Shown: positions 26,266-39,736 of the stretch, one piece after another
How positions within the stretch are numbered: position 1 is the first letter of the stretch
How the letters are laid out: every line of letters starts with the position of its first letter
Assembly: GCF_006345805.1 (NCBI RefSeq)
Contig: NC_043001.1
Location: forward strand, 41,292,001-41,356,000
DNA: 64,000 bases
Origin: Octopus sinensis
Taxonomy: Eukaryota
Reading direction: 5' to 3'
The notes under the pieces: generated by a model
Databases searched by the model: none
Seen by the model: the letters and a program-made list of their open reading frames with translations, nothing else
What the model was told of the DNA's origin: nothing
Position numbers and translations under genes: made by a program

Positions 26266-28990
26266 TAAACATAATTAAACGATAAAATCATTAAAATTAA
26301 TGAATTTTATCAGTGGCCAGCATATAAATAACCTTTTATGTAAAATTCATATATAGAGATATATAATTGTATAGAATACAATTATAAATAACGGCACAGA
26401 AGCTACCATGCCTATATGCTGACGATAGACACCAAATACGTATATACATAATTATATATACTATATGACCATTTCATATAATAGATGTCGCATAATCAAG
26501 AGTTTCGTCCCTTGGTATCGCAGAATGACTTCCATACTGAGTTATGTCCCTTGGTAAACTTGCACTGTTGAAAACTTGTACCCGCAGATTAGAGCTGTCA
26601 AATGTCGGTCCATGGGTTTCAGCAGAAAGATTGTAGAATGGTTTTCCGTAGTTGACTGAAACCTAGAATCTACCCCAACTCTCTCTCTCACGCACACAAT
26701 TAATACCCATCCATTTGAGTTTTGGCTGTTGTTCTGTGCGTGTCAAAACAAAATGGTATTCGTGTGTATGTATACAGTCCTTGAAATTTATTTCTGTAAT
26801 TTTCGCACTCCTTCAGAAATGCACTTTGAGAAATTCGAGAAGTACTAAATCAAACAGACGACTCTTAAGGACGGGCGGACACACACACACACTGAATGCT
26901 TGAGTACAAAGATTACAATTTCTCGGTGCTTATTATTTCCATTACTCTTGCACTGTATCAATCTTAAAGTAGCTCTATGATTCTCCATGAGAAACAGAAT
27001 TGGAAATTTAAAGAAAGTAAATCACTAAAAGCAGCCTGTCAATTTTGATATAAGATGACAACAATGAGTCAATGCATATAATAAACATCTATTTATGTCT
27101 ATCATTAGATTACTGTCGAGCTCAAGCAAAAAAAAAAAAAAAAAAAATCAGATGGTGCCAACCAGATCAATACTACAGGCAGGAAACAATTAGTCTCCAT
27201 TATAAGAGATTAAATATTCAAAACATTTCTCATAAAAAAGAAAAAGAATTAAGTTGCAAGAAAGCCAAGTAGTTAATAAGTGTCCAACAATTCTGGAGAT
27301 TGTTATCAGAGACTGATTAACTATATACATTAATTTGGAAGCCATTAACATGGCCAGCCGATATACAGAGATACTTCTCAGGTATATTTTCTACCAATAC
27401 ATAATTGGTAAATGGAAAGACAAAAAAAAAACACAAAAAACCCCCCCAGAAAGAACAAGTTTTTTGTATATTCAGCACTTACAGACCACTTTAGATATCT
27501 CTTAAAATAAACCTCAGCTGCAGGATTTAATTGTTTCCTTTTAGTGACAATGGCTTCTTAGAGCTATGAAAACGAGACTTCCCAAATATGTCTTTTTATA
27601 ACAGCATCTCAAGTTATGCATTAAGAATATTGTTCTCTAACAGATTACATTACAAGAGTCATTCTTTGTTCAATTAGTTTGAAATTATCAATGAATATAC
27701 ATCAATATAGCAGTTGAAACTATCTACTAAATGATGACAAGATAATCATTATCATCAAATATGTACTGCACTTATTATACAATGGTTCCAGTTGTCAAGA
27801 TTCCTGAATACTGACTTTTAATAGTATTAGTGTTTTTGGAATTTGATTTTTAAAAATTACTGAGAAAATAACCAGATACACAGTCTGTCAGTTTTATGTG
27901 AGGATAAGGATAGCTTTAGGTACTCTGATTGAATTTATATGTACAAATGGTAAATTCTCATTGCTTATTTTATGGCATGGCATGAAGAATAATAGTATGG
28001 CAGTCCATATCATGGATCCTCTAAAATTTTTGAACATACTCTTCTATAACATATATTCAGCTACTTATCTTTAATTTAGATAAGAATCCAATGAACATTA
28101 ACATTTTAAAATTGATCTTTACTTATAAGACTAATAATCTGAAATTAATATGAAATAAAACTTCTATAATTGCTCCAATCATTTCCAAGCCTTTATTATT
28201 ATTAAAAAAATTGTAAATATCTATATGATATTCTGGTCAGGAGTGCCCACACCCTGATTCACATTCAACCTAGAACTTCCATTCACTCCTGCTTAGAAGC
28301 TATGCTTATCCTTTAATCTCCCATACCATGCTCCTACTAGGTCTTAAGTCTACGGTTAATGTGATCAACTGTTTTGATTGCACTTCCTCCAACCTTCCCT
28401 GAATACAGACTTTGGAATAGACAAGATAGGACACTGTTTAAGTGACTAGTTCAGTAGTAATGCCCAGGGAGTCTTCAAACTGTAGTCATCTATTTATGTT
28501 GCTTGGTCATTCCATTACCACCTCTCACTCACACACACACACATCCTAGAATGCAACCTACAAGAAGACCATATGATTAGCATCAAGTTATTCACCAACA
28601 CACTGCAACCTCTCTGGCCCATAGACTTACTGTTTCTTCTTTCAGCTCTTTTATCATTACCACAGTGTTTGAACAACTATCCTTCCTCAACTCACCATTC
28701 ATTGGTCATCATTCTTAAACTCTACCCATTTACTACAAGAGGTGTGTGTATTATAATAAAAACCACAAATCTTGTTAGCTTCTACTCATGAATCTCTCCT
28801 CTTCCCACTAAATGTGAGTAATCATGCAACTCTACTTCAAGAACCTGCTCTTACCATACCTTCTATCATACTGTGTCCCTTCAATCATTAGTATAAAGAT
28901 CCTACCACCCTTGGGGTTTGCTGTCTTGCTAACTGCATGGCAACCTTAATAGTGGTGGTGGCATTAGTAAGGGCACCCAGCAGTAGTAAC

Positions 28991-30065
28991 TGTAGCATAT
29001 CTGATATCCTCACTGTTTGAGAGACACATTAGGAATGATCTCATTTGAGATTACAACCATGTTTGGCTAGTTTGACCCTGTTGTGTCCACTGCTCTGATT
29101 GGTTGGCATTTGGCGCAGTTTGTCTTTCGACTTATTTCGCACCAGGGTTTAAGCCAACCAATCACGGCCTTTGGATAAGGTCTCGTGACACTGTGTTTCA
29201 GATGCCCTGTTTGAGCCACTTTAACCCTATATATAGGCCAGCATTCACTATTTCGGGTCTTTCGGCTTTAGACCTTCTAAGGTCTAGTCACTGACCACAG
29301 AGCTACTCAGCCATGTTCCAGTTCGAGTGACAGACTACCAGTCAGCCAGCCATGCTACTGCTCCAGCCATGAAGACGCTATTATACACCAGCGACAGACA
29401 GGACGTTCTCCATCTCCGCCACTCTCATCACCATCGTCGTACTTCAACTTTAAGTCATCTCCACTATTGTCGCCATTCCCACCGTCAACTTCAAATATGT
29501 ACACATCAACATCGACCAGGTTTAAACTCACGATGTTTGTGAATATTCACCAAGAAAAAACAGTTACAGTCTACCTGAAGAACTTTCTGTATCAAGAGAC
29601 TCGGCGCGGCATAATAGCCACAACTTCTACATGTGTAGTAACCGGCCTCTACCACATGACCCCCAACATCTTGTTATAGAACTCTTGCTATCGTGTACCT
29701 CAATTACAAACTGGTAAGCAACATTCCCTCTTAACTCAATATGCTGAGATTCATCTTAGGCTCTGTTTTCTCTGTTATACACATCCATCTTTATCTGTAC
29801 CTTCTGTCGCACACACGAACACAAATACTATGCACATGCATTCATACACAACACTTTGCTAGCACTCATACACTCTCTTTGTACCCATTGTAAATAAAGT
29901 CTTCTTCTCTCTCAAACAATAGAACGGTTGTCGTCCTTAATTCATTCCTTGTAGCACTGAATTTTATACCATGTATTTGGCTTCTTATTTTGTTAGGGGC
30001 GACCGTGTGGCGTTCAAAGGGAGACATTTGTCACCAACTCCTTATGAACGGTCATATTCCCTACA
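28991..30065 (+). mobile_element. Solo LTR (~1075 bp)
   Basis: TGTAG...CTACA termini, 4-bp TSD TAAC (28987-28990, 30066-30069) and AATAAA at 29893. CpG-richer than the flanks. It interrupts a SINE-like repeat (agggcacccagcagtagtaac|cacggcaaagcagac). Confidence 0.8.
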
Positions 30066-30087
30066 TAACCACGGCAAAGCAGACTAA

Positions 30088-31733
30088 TTTTTTTATTACC
30101 CATAAAAGGCTAAACGTAGATAATTGATGATATACAAGACATAAAAACAATACAAAACATAAAACATAAACTTGGGGAACTAAAAATTACAAAAAGGAGA
30201 TGAAATAAGAAAAAAGAAATAAAAGAAACAAACGGTAATATGAAAGAATGAAAATGAGGCACAGTGCCCACTCAACCCCTGAAGACGAGTGGTTACATTT
30301 TATCCAGTCTTTTCTCTTTTTCATTAACAAAGTCTACATGTATATATTATTTTTCACAGTCTTTTCTTTTTTTTTCACAAAGTTCACATTAGTACATTAT
30401 TTCTTCTTCCCAGTCTTTCCTTTTTTCAATTTACAAGTTCAAATTCTTTGTTATCTCCATTCTTTTTAACACGTCATATTCTACTACAGAAGGTAGAGTC
30501 TCATACAACCATAACCCTTCTGCCGTAATCATATATTCAAAAAATGCCTCCATAAATCTCTCATACTTTTCATCAGATATCCAAAGACATCTATCATCCA
30601 CATTGAATCTCTCTGTTTTAGCTTTACTCTCACTAGCCCCTTCCATTTTGCAATTTTTCTCTCTGCAACCGCACTCTCCCATACACTACCAGGAAACCCT
30701 TATATATGCACTCTTCTTCTATTGTTTTTTCCTCTCTCTCTCTCTTGTGTATTTTTGGCTTCAAGTCGTTCCTTACCTTTCTGTGACTTCTTGGGTTCTG
30801 CTAAATGCTCCCTTGCCTTTGTTCTCTTCCTTCTTTTGGGGCTGACAAACCCATCACTACTCTCCTTTGCTTCTTTCACCTCACTCTTTTCCTTCTCTTT
30901 AACTTCCTGGGTACAATCCTCCTCATTTTTATCTTTCCTTGTATGTAATTTCTCCTCTGTCTCCCTCTCCTGCTCCTTCTCGCTATATGTGCACTCAAAC
31001 AAGGGGCAATGAGTCTTCACGTGACCCCTCACACTGCATATGTAACAGTTTGGTCTCCGTTCCTCCACAACTACATTCAATGTTTTTTCTTCCTCTATCT
31101 CAATCTGGTAGGGGATCCGTTTGATGTCCTGAAATGTTGCAAACAGCCACATCTCAACCCCGAATCCCCACCAGTTCAGCTTTTGGGTCTCTCCAACTGG
31201 TCTGGGTTGTCTTCGGTTGCAGCCAACCACTCAGTTTTAATCTCGGGTGACACTCTTGCTATCTTAATTCTGACACTGCGCCTTCCCTTGTATGTGGGTA
31301 ACAACACCACCTTATCTGTCCTCAGAATGGTGGTAGAGTGTGAGGCAACCTCTTCCTTTGTGGCAAACCTCACCTCCACAGTGCTGAATCTTTTTCCTCT
31401 GCCAATGCACTTTGCTTTTTTTGTAATTTCTCCTAAGCATTCTTCAATTTCTTTTTCTGTTAATCTCTCTATCTTGTTAGTGGTGACTGCTTGAGTGTGA
31501 TACACCACTGTTTTCTCACTTTTCTCTTTTACGGTCTCTTGCGGAGGGACCAACTCGATGGTGTCTCCCTCCTTCTTTATCAGCTTGTCACTCCTCAAAA
31601 TTTTTTTCAAGTCAATATCAATCTTTTTTGCTTTTAAGACCACAGCTGTCTTTGCGCTGCAGTCTTCATGTAGCTTTCCATATTGGAACAGCTACATTTT
31701 AGCACGCATGATAACAAATTTCAATAGTCAATC
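30088..31733 (-). mobile_element. L1/Tx1-like ORF1-only non-LTR element (gag-like, CCHC knuckle), frameshifted
   Basis: ORFs 31176..31643, 30700..31230 (CYICSVRGHVKTHC = CX2CX4HX4C) and 30431..30682 lie in shifted frames. AATAAA plus a short A run marks the 3' end (30088-30097). No endonuclease or RT follows. Confidence 0.65.
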
Positions 31734-31827
31734 ACTATAGAGCACAATGCAGTCCTTGGGCTCATCAGATCCTGTCAACCCATCCCACTCATGCCAGCTT
31801 GGAACATAAATGTTAAATGATGATGAT

Positions 31828-31872
<45 letters not shown>

Positions 31873-32815
31873 GTATGGTGATGCAAACAGGGAAAATAGA
31901 ACTCAAAATATGAGTATATGTATATTTTAATTAATATTTAACAGAAGTAACAGAGTGACTCAGAGGCCGAGAGTTTCATGCATTGGCAATTATCAAACTT
32001 GATAAGTGCTGATGCATGAAGCTCTTGGTCCTTGAGTCACTCTGTTACTTTGTCTAAATATTAATAGATAAAAAAATAAGTGTGTATATATATATAATAT
32101 ATAGATAGGTCTTTTCAGTTTATCTCAATTTTCAAATACATATGGTTCCCTCTAGTGATAGCATCTATTACAAAGGAAATAATCAGCTTCTTACGATTTG
32201 AAGCAAGATTAAAAATTAAGAGGAAAAAGACGCATAAAATTCACATATCTAAATTCTCTTTTCACTTATTATAAAGTGCTTACAATTTCTAGTTGGTGGT
32301 AGACATGTACAGAAATATTTTATTCTTTTTAGAAATTGCTTGCATGATATAACCTGTAACTTATAAATTATAATCTGGAGGAAATCCAGGGAATGTGTGC
32401 ATGCATTTTTTTCATAGAAAGTTAATAGTTTAGGAATTGAGAGAAAATAGAGAATGTTCTTGGTGTTTACATACAGAATAATAGCTGTTTCACACAAAAG
32501 CCATCACAAGAAAAATAAACTTTTTCAAAAAGTGGTAAATATATATAGATATATATAGTTGGATTTGTCCTTGACATATGTCTATTGACTATCTGTGTCT
32601 TTATTCTCTTGTATCTTTTGGAGTTGATTTAGTTTTGTTTATGTCTACTTGTCTAATTTGTACTTATGTGTGCATTTGTAAATAGGTATTGATGTAATTT
32701 TTGTATGTGTATCTGTGCGTAGATATGTGTTTATTACGTGGATGCATAAATAGATATGTATAGGTACATCTGTATATCAGTGTTTATCTGTCTCTACACA
32801 TAGATAACATATATG

Positions 32816-32854
<39 letters not shown>

Positions 32855-33562
32855 CTGTATCTGTATTTCTGTACATATGTATGGGATATAAGGACACATG
32901 TATATATGTGGGTGTCTGTTTATTCTCTCTCTTTCATACAAACACAGAGTCTATGAATTTATTCTAGTTCTAAAAATTAAAAAAAATTATATTTATATAT
33001 GTATTAGTAGTATTTGGGTAGGGTTTTGCTGACTCAAACTGTATTATATTACATATATAATTGTGCATGTCACCAACTCAATGAATTTAATGCTTTCTAC
33101 AATAAGTATACACTTCATATAAATGGCTCTAGGAAAGGTATAAGAAGTTGCACATACAGTCAGCTCTGAGAGCAAGCTTCTTATAACAGAAACAGTTGTA
33201 AGGTAATGAATGTGGTTATGTAATTCCTGTTCTTTTATCATCTGTTAATGGATATATATCTGTGTGTTTGTACACCCTGCCCCACAAAGAGATATGAAGT
33301 CTCTTTTCATGAATGTTGAAAAGTGGGAGGACATTGCAGGTGATTTCTCTCACTAATAACTGGAACTATGTAAGTCATAAATTATTAATTCGAAACAGAT
33401 CATAAATTATAATCAATTATTATTTAGAAATATATTCAATGGTACACATCAAATTTTTATTGATGTAATAACAGCAATCTTATAGGTGTATATATATAAT
33501 ATATGTGTGCATGTGTAAGTTATATAAATGTATGTGTGTATGTGTGTGTGTGTGTGTGTGTG

Positions 33563-33710
33563 TATTCATGTAAATATACATATATAGGCATGGCTGTGCC
33601 ATTAAGAAGCTTGCCTTGCAACCACAGTTTTAGGTTTATGCCTTGTAAAGAAATTTGGTAGACAAACTGTATGGAAGCCCATCATAAATATTTATATCTA
33701 TCTATTTATC

Positions 33711-33757
<47 letters not shown>

Positions 33758-33902
33758 TCATGTAAATATACATATATAGGCATGGCTGTGCCATTAAGAA
33801 GCTTGCCTTGCAACCACAGTTTTAGGTTTATGCCTTGTAAAGAAATTTGGTAGACAAACTGTATGGAAGCCCATCATAAATATTTATATCTATCTATTTA
33901 TC

Positions 33903-33906
<4 letters not shown>
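33563..33906. repeat. Tandem duplication (192-bp period) bounded by (TG)n
   Basis: 33563-33714 appears identical to 33755-33906. Confidence 0.92.
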
Positions 33907-33942
<36 letters not shown>

Positions 33943-34135
33943 TTCTCCTTACCACGGCTTGACAACTGGTGTTGGTTTGCTTTTGTCCCCACAGATTAGT
34001 GGGTCAGTAACATAAACCAATAAAATAAGTAACACACTTGAAAAAATAAATACTGAGATTGATTTGTTGACTAAACCCCATTCAAGGTGGTGCCTCAGCA
34101 TGGCTGTAGTGCAATGACTGAAACAAATAAAAGAT
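33575..34135 (+). mobile_element. Family A SINE with duplicated 5' half
   Basis: Head ggcatggctgtgccattaagaagcttgcc occurs twice; 3' end gcatggctgtagtgcaatgactgaaacaaataaaag. Confidence 0.75.
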
Positions 34136-36966
34136 TAAAAAAAAAACATTGATTATGAACGACTCTTACATAAACATATATAAATGGTTTGTACCAAACT
34201 TAGAATATATACATATGTAGATGCACAAACATGCACACATAAAATGCGTGCTATCTCTCTCCCACTTTCTCACACATACATACAAGTTGATACACTTAGA
34301 AGATTTAATAAAAACAAACTGAAATGAATGTCTGAAGTGTGAAGGAAATTTATCATGACTATTTTTTGCCTTAGCCATTGATGATCAGAAGAGATAACAT
34401 ATAGAGAAATGACTTGCTATGCTCATAGGATATTTTTTAAAAAATAAACTAAAATAAATACATTAGAACAAACAGCATTTGTAATAAATGTATTTCTTTC
34501 AATTATGTTGCTTCTTTTTACTGACTGATCAATCAACTGATTGATTTCAAACTCAGATTTTAAATTCTTATTCAATTTACATTGAAATTAATCAAGGGAT
34601 TTGATAAAAAAGAAAATGGTAGTAATTATGTTAGTAAATTAATTTTAGAGTTTTTTTTTATATATAAAGAAGAGACAGTTTTCACAATGAGCTGGATCTA
34701 TACTAATGTTTGCCATGTTTTAATATATTCAGTAATTATTATAACTATTAATGAGGGAAGCAATATTAATACCAAAAGATAATCTTTATATCCAACTTAA
34801 CATGGACGTATTGTTAGAACACTGAATACTGTGTTACTAGCCTCGAGAGATCCTCTCATATAGGCACTTGGTGGATAAAAGCACACACATAGATTGTAGC
34901 AACAATCTCTGTGTGTGTGCTTTTATGCACCAAATGCCTATATAAAAGGATCTAACAAGACATCCATGTTAAGCTGGAGATGAAGATTACCATTCAGCAG
35001 TATTTTATACACCAAGTATCCCATTAGCTTGACTGTTCCCAATCTGGTTTTACATAAGTAGTACTGGCAGTCTGTGGCTGTGTTCAAAATTTTAAAAATC
35101 TACCATATCCAGTGACATATCTTTCTGCTGAGAGATGAAACTGAGAAGATGAGTTTGTTCTTAGTTAATAAAATTGGCTTCTTCAACAGACAGACCTTTC
35201 AAAAGCATGGAGGTATTGGAAAATTAATTTAAATAAATGGGCTCCTTGGCAAAGAAAAGAAACCCCTGACATATTGGATGTTCAGATTGCACTTGCCCCC
35301 ACCACTTTTCAACTGATCTAGGATTTATTGTCTTGATTCCAGAACATTAAAGAGCGAAATCGACCAAAGCAGGATTTGGATTATAAAAATGTAAACTTGC
35401 TGGTGCTCTGATCTCTATGCCAATTTGACTTGTCAAGGTTTAAATTTAAAAAAAACATGAAAACCTTAAAAAACAAACAAAAAAAAAAACAAACAAACAA
35501 ACAAAACAGTATTCACTGAAACACAAGAGTATTTAGAGTTAAAAGTGTACCCTAAATTTCAACAAAGAAAAGCAGTATTCAGCAAAACTTGAGATGCTGC
35601 CAAATTTCTGTGAGAGCTAAATTTTCTGAAGATTGAAATGACATTTTGCCTTCAGAAAAACATCAGTGGCTTACTTAGACTGAATAAATTCAATACCATC
35701 AGAGTCGATCGAAGCTGGTGCGTGTGGGAGAATGAGGTGTTACTGTGATAAGCACCTTGATCCCTTCAGTCTTCATGAATTATCATGTTAACTGAATGTG
35801 GGTCACATTAGTTGCTACAAGATAAACCTAAACATTAAATGAACCCCAGCTATGGTCAATATCCCCTCAACTCTGGAATCAGTGGAACTGTCCAGGGATG
35901 ATGGGAAGAGGTCTAGTAGATTTAGCTATTGTTCTAAAGTTAGAAGCAAATGCTTTGTATTAGATGCCAGGGAGTGTGCATGCCTCTATTTCAATTATTC
36001 ATTTATTGATTTCCTTGTTCTAACTTTTTTTCCCTTCCATTTTTGTACTGTTTGCTTTTGTAAATTATGTATTTAAATACCTGTTATAAACTTCATCAAT
36101 GTTGCATCCTGGACTCCCTGGATTTTGCAATATACAATCTAATCCAGGTGACCCAATGAAGGTTGATCAAACCTTGGTCTAACCCCACTGATCACCCCTT
36201 TTTAGCCAGAGCCATCTCCTGGTATTTTCTCCTTTTCTACTCTTAATATTATTATTATTATCATTATTATTATGCAGGTGCATGGCCTAGTAGTTAGGGT
36301 GTTGCACTCATGATCACAAGATCATGGTTTCAATTCCTAGACTGGGTGCTACATTGTATTCTTGAACAAAACACTTCATCTCACGTTGCTCTATGATCAC
36401 TTTCACACCTAATGTGTGGCACATTTGTGCAGACAATGTTGATTTGAGGCAGTGAGTGAGCTAATATACAGCACATACATCTGAGCACTATAAACAAATC
36501 ATTTTTGCAGGTTGTTTAGCAAAAGCTAAACACTCATACATCATCTTCTACAGGAGAGTCCATCATCATTATTATTATGAGTATTGTTGTCATTGTTGTT
36601 GGCTGTGGTGTTGTGAAGCATTAAAATTTATTGCCTTGTTTGATAATTAGACATGAATTAAACATTTATTTACTATTTTACATTAAGCTTATTACTATTT
36701 GTGATTTTTAGTAATATGCTTGATGGCATACCAGTAATTCTAACCTATATGGCTGCTATTTTTGTTGCTTTTTAAAAACAATATCATTAGGGTGTATTAT
36801 GATAGAAAAAAAACACAACCGCAATGTATTTATGTATTCCTTTGATAAATCAGTGAAGGAGCATCAATATAGTGCTTCAATGCAGTTTATGAAGCAACTA
36901 AATTTTCCCAACAAACTATTGTTTTAAAACTGGAGGTGGAAAAATCCCAAAGACTTATAAAATCTC

Positions 36967-37829
36967 TAAGGTCCAATAGGATTGTTCTGTTTAAAAGGTC
37001 AAATTTTTAAATTATGAAAAGTGTGATATTTTCACTTCAGGTGAGAGACAAAATGCAACAAACAGTTAAAATTTTAAAATATATTTATAACAGACAAACA
37101 AAATGATTTTTCTTAACTATTATATACTTTTTCTTACAAAAAACAAAACAAAACCAAATAAAAAACACCACTAATAGAAAAATATAAGACCAAATATAAA
37201 AATATTGTTGGAATCTTAAAATATAGAATCAGAAGCAAAATGATCAATCCACTCATAATAAGCTGTTTCCTCTGTTAGATTTTGGCTAAAGAAATAACTT
37301 GTAATTTATTAATTTACTAAAAAGTAAAATTTACTAATGTATATGACTTCAGTGCATTAAATATTTTATTAAAAAATATATATTTTCTTATCTTACATAT
37401 AAATTATAAATGTATGACTTGCATTTCCTATAAAAAAAAAATGTTTATAAGAAATTCCACTTGAATAGTTGATACTGTAATGTTTGTTAGATCATGAAAT
37501 ACAACAGAAATACATTAACTATCAAAATTTAGATATTTAGCTAAAGGCAAGAATTAAGTATGTGACTTGTAAGATCCAATAGGTTTGTTCTGTTTAAAAG
37601 GTCAAATTTCTTATAATAATAATAAAAAAGGAAATGATGTTTTCACTTGAGGTTAGAGAAAAATGATAAAATTTTTTAAAAATCTATAATTGACAAACAA
37701 GGTGTATTTTTCTTAACTATTATATAATTTTTCTCATGCAAAAACACCACTAATAGAAAAGTATATAACAAAATACAAAAATACTGTTGGAATCTTCTTA
37801 AAATATGGCATCAGAAGCAAATGATCAAT
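36967..37829. repeat. Diverged direct repeat of ~260-290 bp (36967-37250 and 37570-37829)
   Basis: Shared taag(g/a)tccaatagg(a/t)ttgttctgtttaaaaggtcaaattt ... aaacaccactaatagaaaa ... tcagaagcaaa(a)tgatcaat. Confidence 0.85.
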
Positions 37830-39702
37830 AGTCTGGCATGAGTTCCTGGAGCTACAGATGAAGGCAAGAAAAAATTACATTTCTCACAGATAAAACAATT
37901 TGCTTTCTTCAGCAACAACAATTTAAAGTCAGTGTGAAAGCGACTAACAACAGCTGCACAGTATGAAACTGAATAAACTATAACTCAGTAAATTAATATG
38001 TTCAGAACTTTTCCAAGTTAGTCTCAATTAGAGAAACCTTCTTTTACTGCTTACATATTGTGAAGGAATAAAGCTGCTGTTTGGAAGATAACATATTGAC
38101 TAGAATATATTTTGCTCATTTTTTTGGTTTTAATGTGTGTTTTTTGTAGCACTATATTGCTGAAAATAGATATATGCAGAATGAAGGAAATATGGAAAAA
38201 AAGCTTTAAAAAAATGTGAGATTAATTGAAGCATGAAAAATATGCTATTAGTGGAAAATATCAATAGTAAGTATCCTTGTTAAGTACTATTAGTAAGGTA
38301 ATTTTATGGCTCACTGCTTTTAGCACTGTGTTGTAAAGAGATTTGATTCTAATCAATAACATTTCTATTTCATTTTCTTATAAACAGAAAGGATACATTT
38401 TTAAAAGATCTTTCCTCTAATTCTATAGATAAGTAGATCAGTACCAATGGCATAGTTAATTTCCTACTATAGGAAAAAGAGGGTTTCATTGAATTTTTAA
38501 AGACTTGGAAGTCTTTAAACACCATGGCTGATTAAGTAAGTGCACAAATAAATAGTACTGGCATTATGAATAATATTGTCAATAATTCTATAGAATTATG
38601 AAAATATATATTAATCTATATGCATTAAAATATGTTAAATTAGCCTTATATGCCATTAAACTATCAGCTAATAAATTTTTCAGGTCTTATGCATTTGCTA
38701 CAAGAATTCCCATTTTCCCTCTGAAATGCAAAGTTTGAAACATTTAAATAGTGTTATCATTTAATTATAGAACTGTAAGAAGAATCCTTGCCATTTATTT
38801 TTACAAAATTTACAATTTACTGTTGTAAGAAATTCAGTTTGCTGTGAAATGTTATCATACTATTTATCTTACACAAGTGAAATCATTATGCAGAACTAAA
38901 CTTATAGCAAAAAGGGTTTGACAATGGAAAAGTTAAAAAAATAGTATGTCTTAACTCTATCGTCATTTTACTAATGATAGGATTCAGATGAAAAAGGAGG
39001 AATTTCTGAAATTCTTTCCATAATATTTTAGACAATTTCAATTTCCTGTCTATTAACCCTGTCAGACTTGTCTAATTTTACCCTCAACCTGGGCTCCAGA
39101 GCAAAACAATAAACAGTTAAATATACAGCTCAAGAGTAATGATTGCAGGTAAACTAATGGACAGAATCACAAAAAATTCAGGAGAATAACAATAATAGGC
39201 CTTTCTCTCAACTACTGTATTTGTTCGCCCAAATCACTATTTTCCTCATCACTTTCACCAGTTTGATTATCTGAATCACTCTCATTGTCAGTAAAAGTGT
39301 AAACTCTTTGTCAGAAGAATAAATATCCTCAATAATTTCAACTGCAAAGAATCTAAGCCAATCCATGCCATCATGGAAAAAGGGATGTTAAATGGTGACA
39401 TGATGATGAACATACAGCATCATCATTTTAATATCTACTTTTCCATGCTTGCATGCATTAGATGAGACTTTGTTGAGGTAGCATTTTCTTTGGACAGATG
39501 CTCTTTGTACCGCCAACCCTAACCTTATTCCAAGCAAGATAATACTTCCCATAACACAAAATGAAGGATAGCCTGGGCATGCTTTCACAGAGAACTGTAA
39601 ACAATGAAGTTTGTAAGAATGGAAACTCTTTGTTTACAATCAGCATGCAAAGAGCAAGATAACAAGAAGAGTGCATGTTCAATCATACATCCATACTCAC
39701 AT

Positions 39703-39736
<34 letters not shown>

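Noticed and set aside
30279-30285. CTGAAGA as a hammerhead core
   Set aside because: No downstream stem II/GAAA arrangement.
35670-35810. CpG-containing segment with a GTAAG donor as a minus-strand exon
   Set aside because: Frames from plausible acceptors contain stops and no recognisable protein motif.
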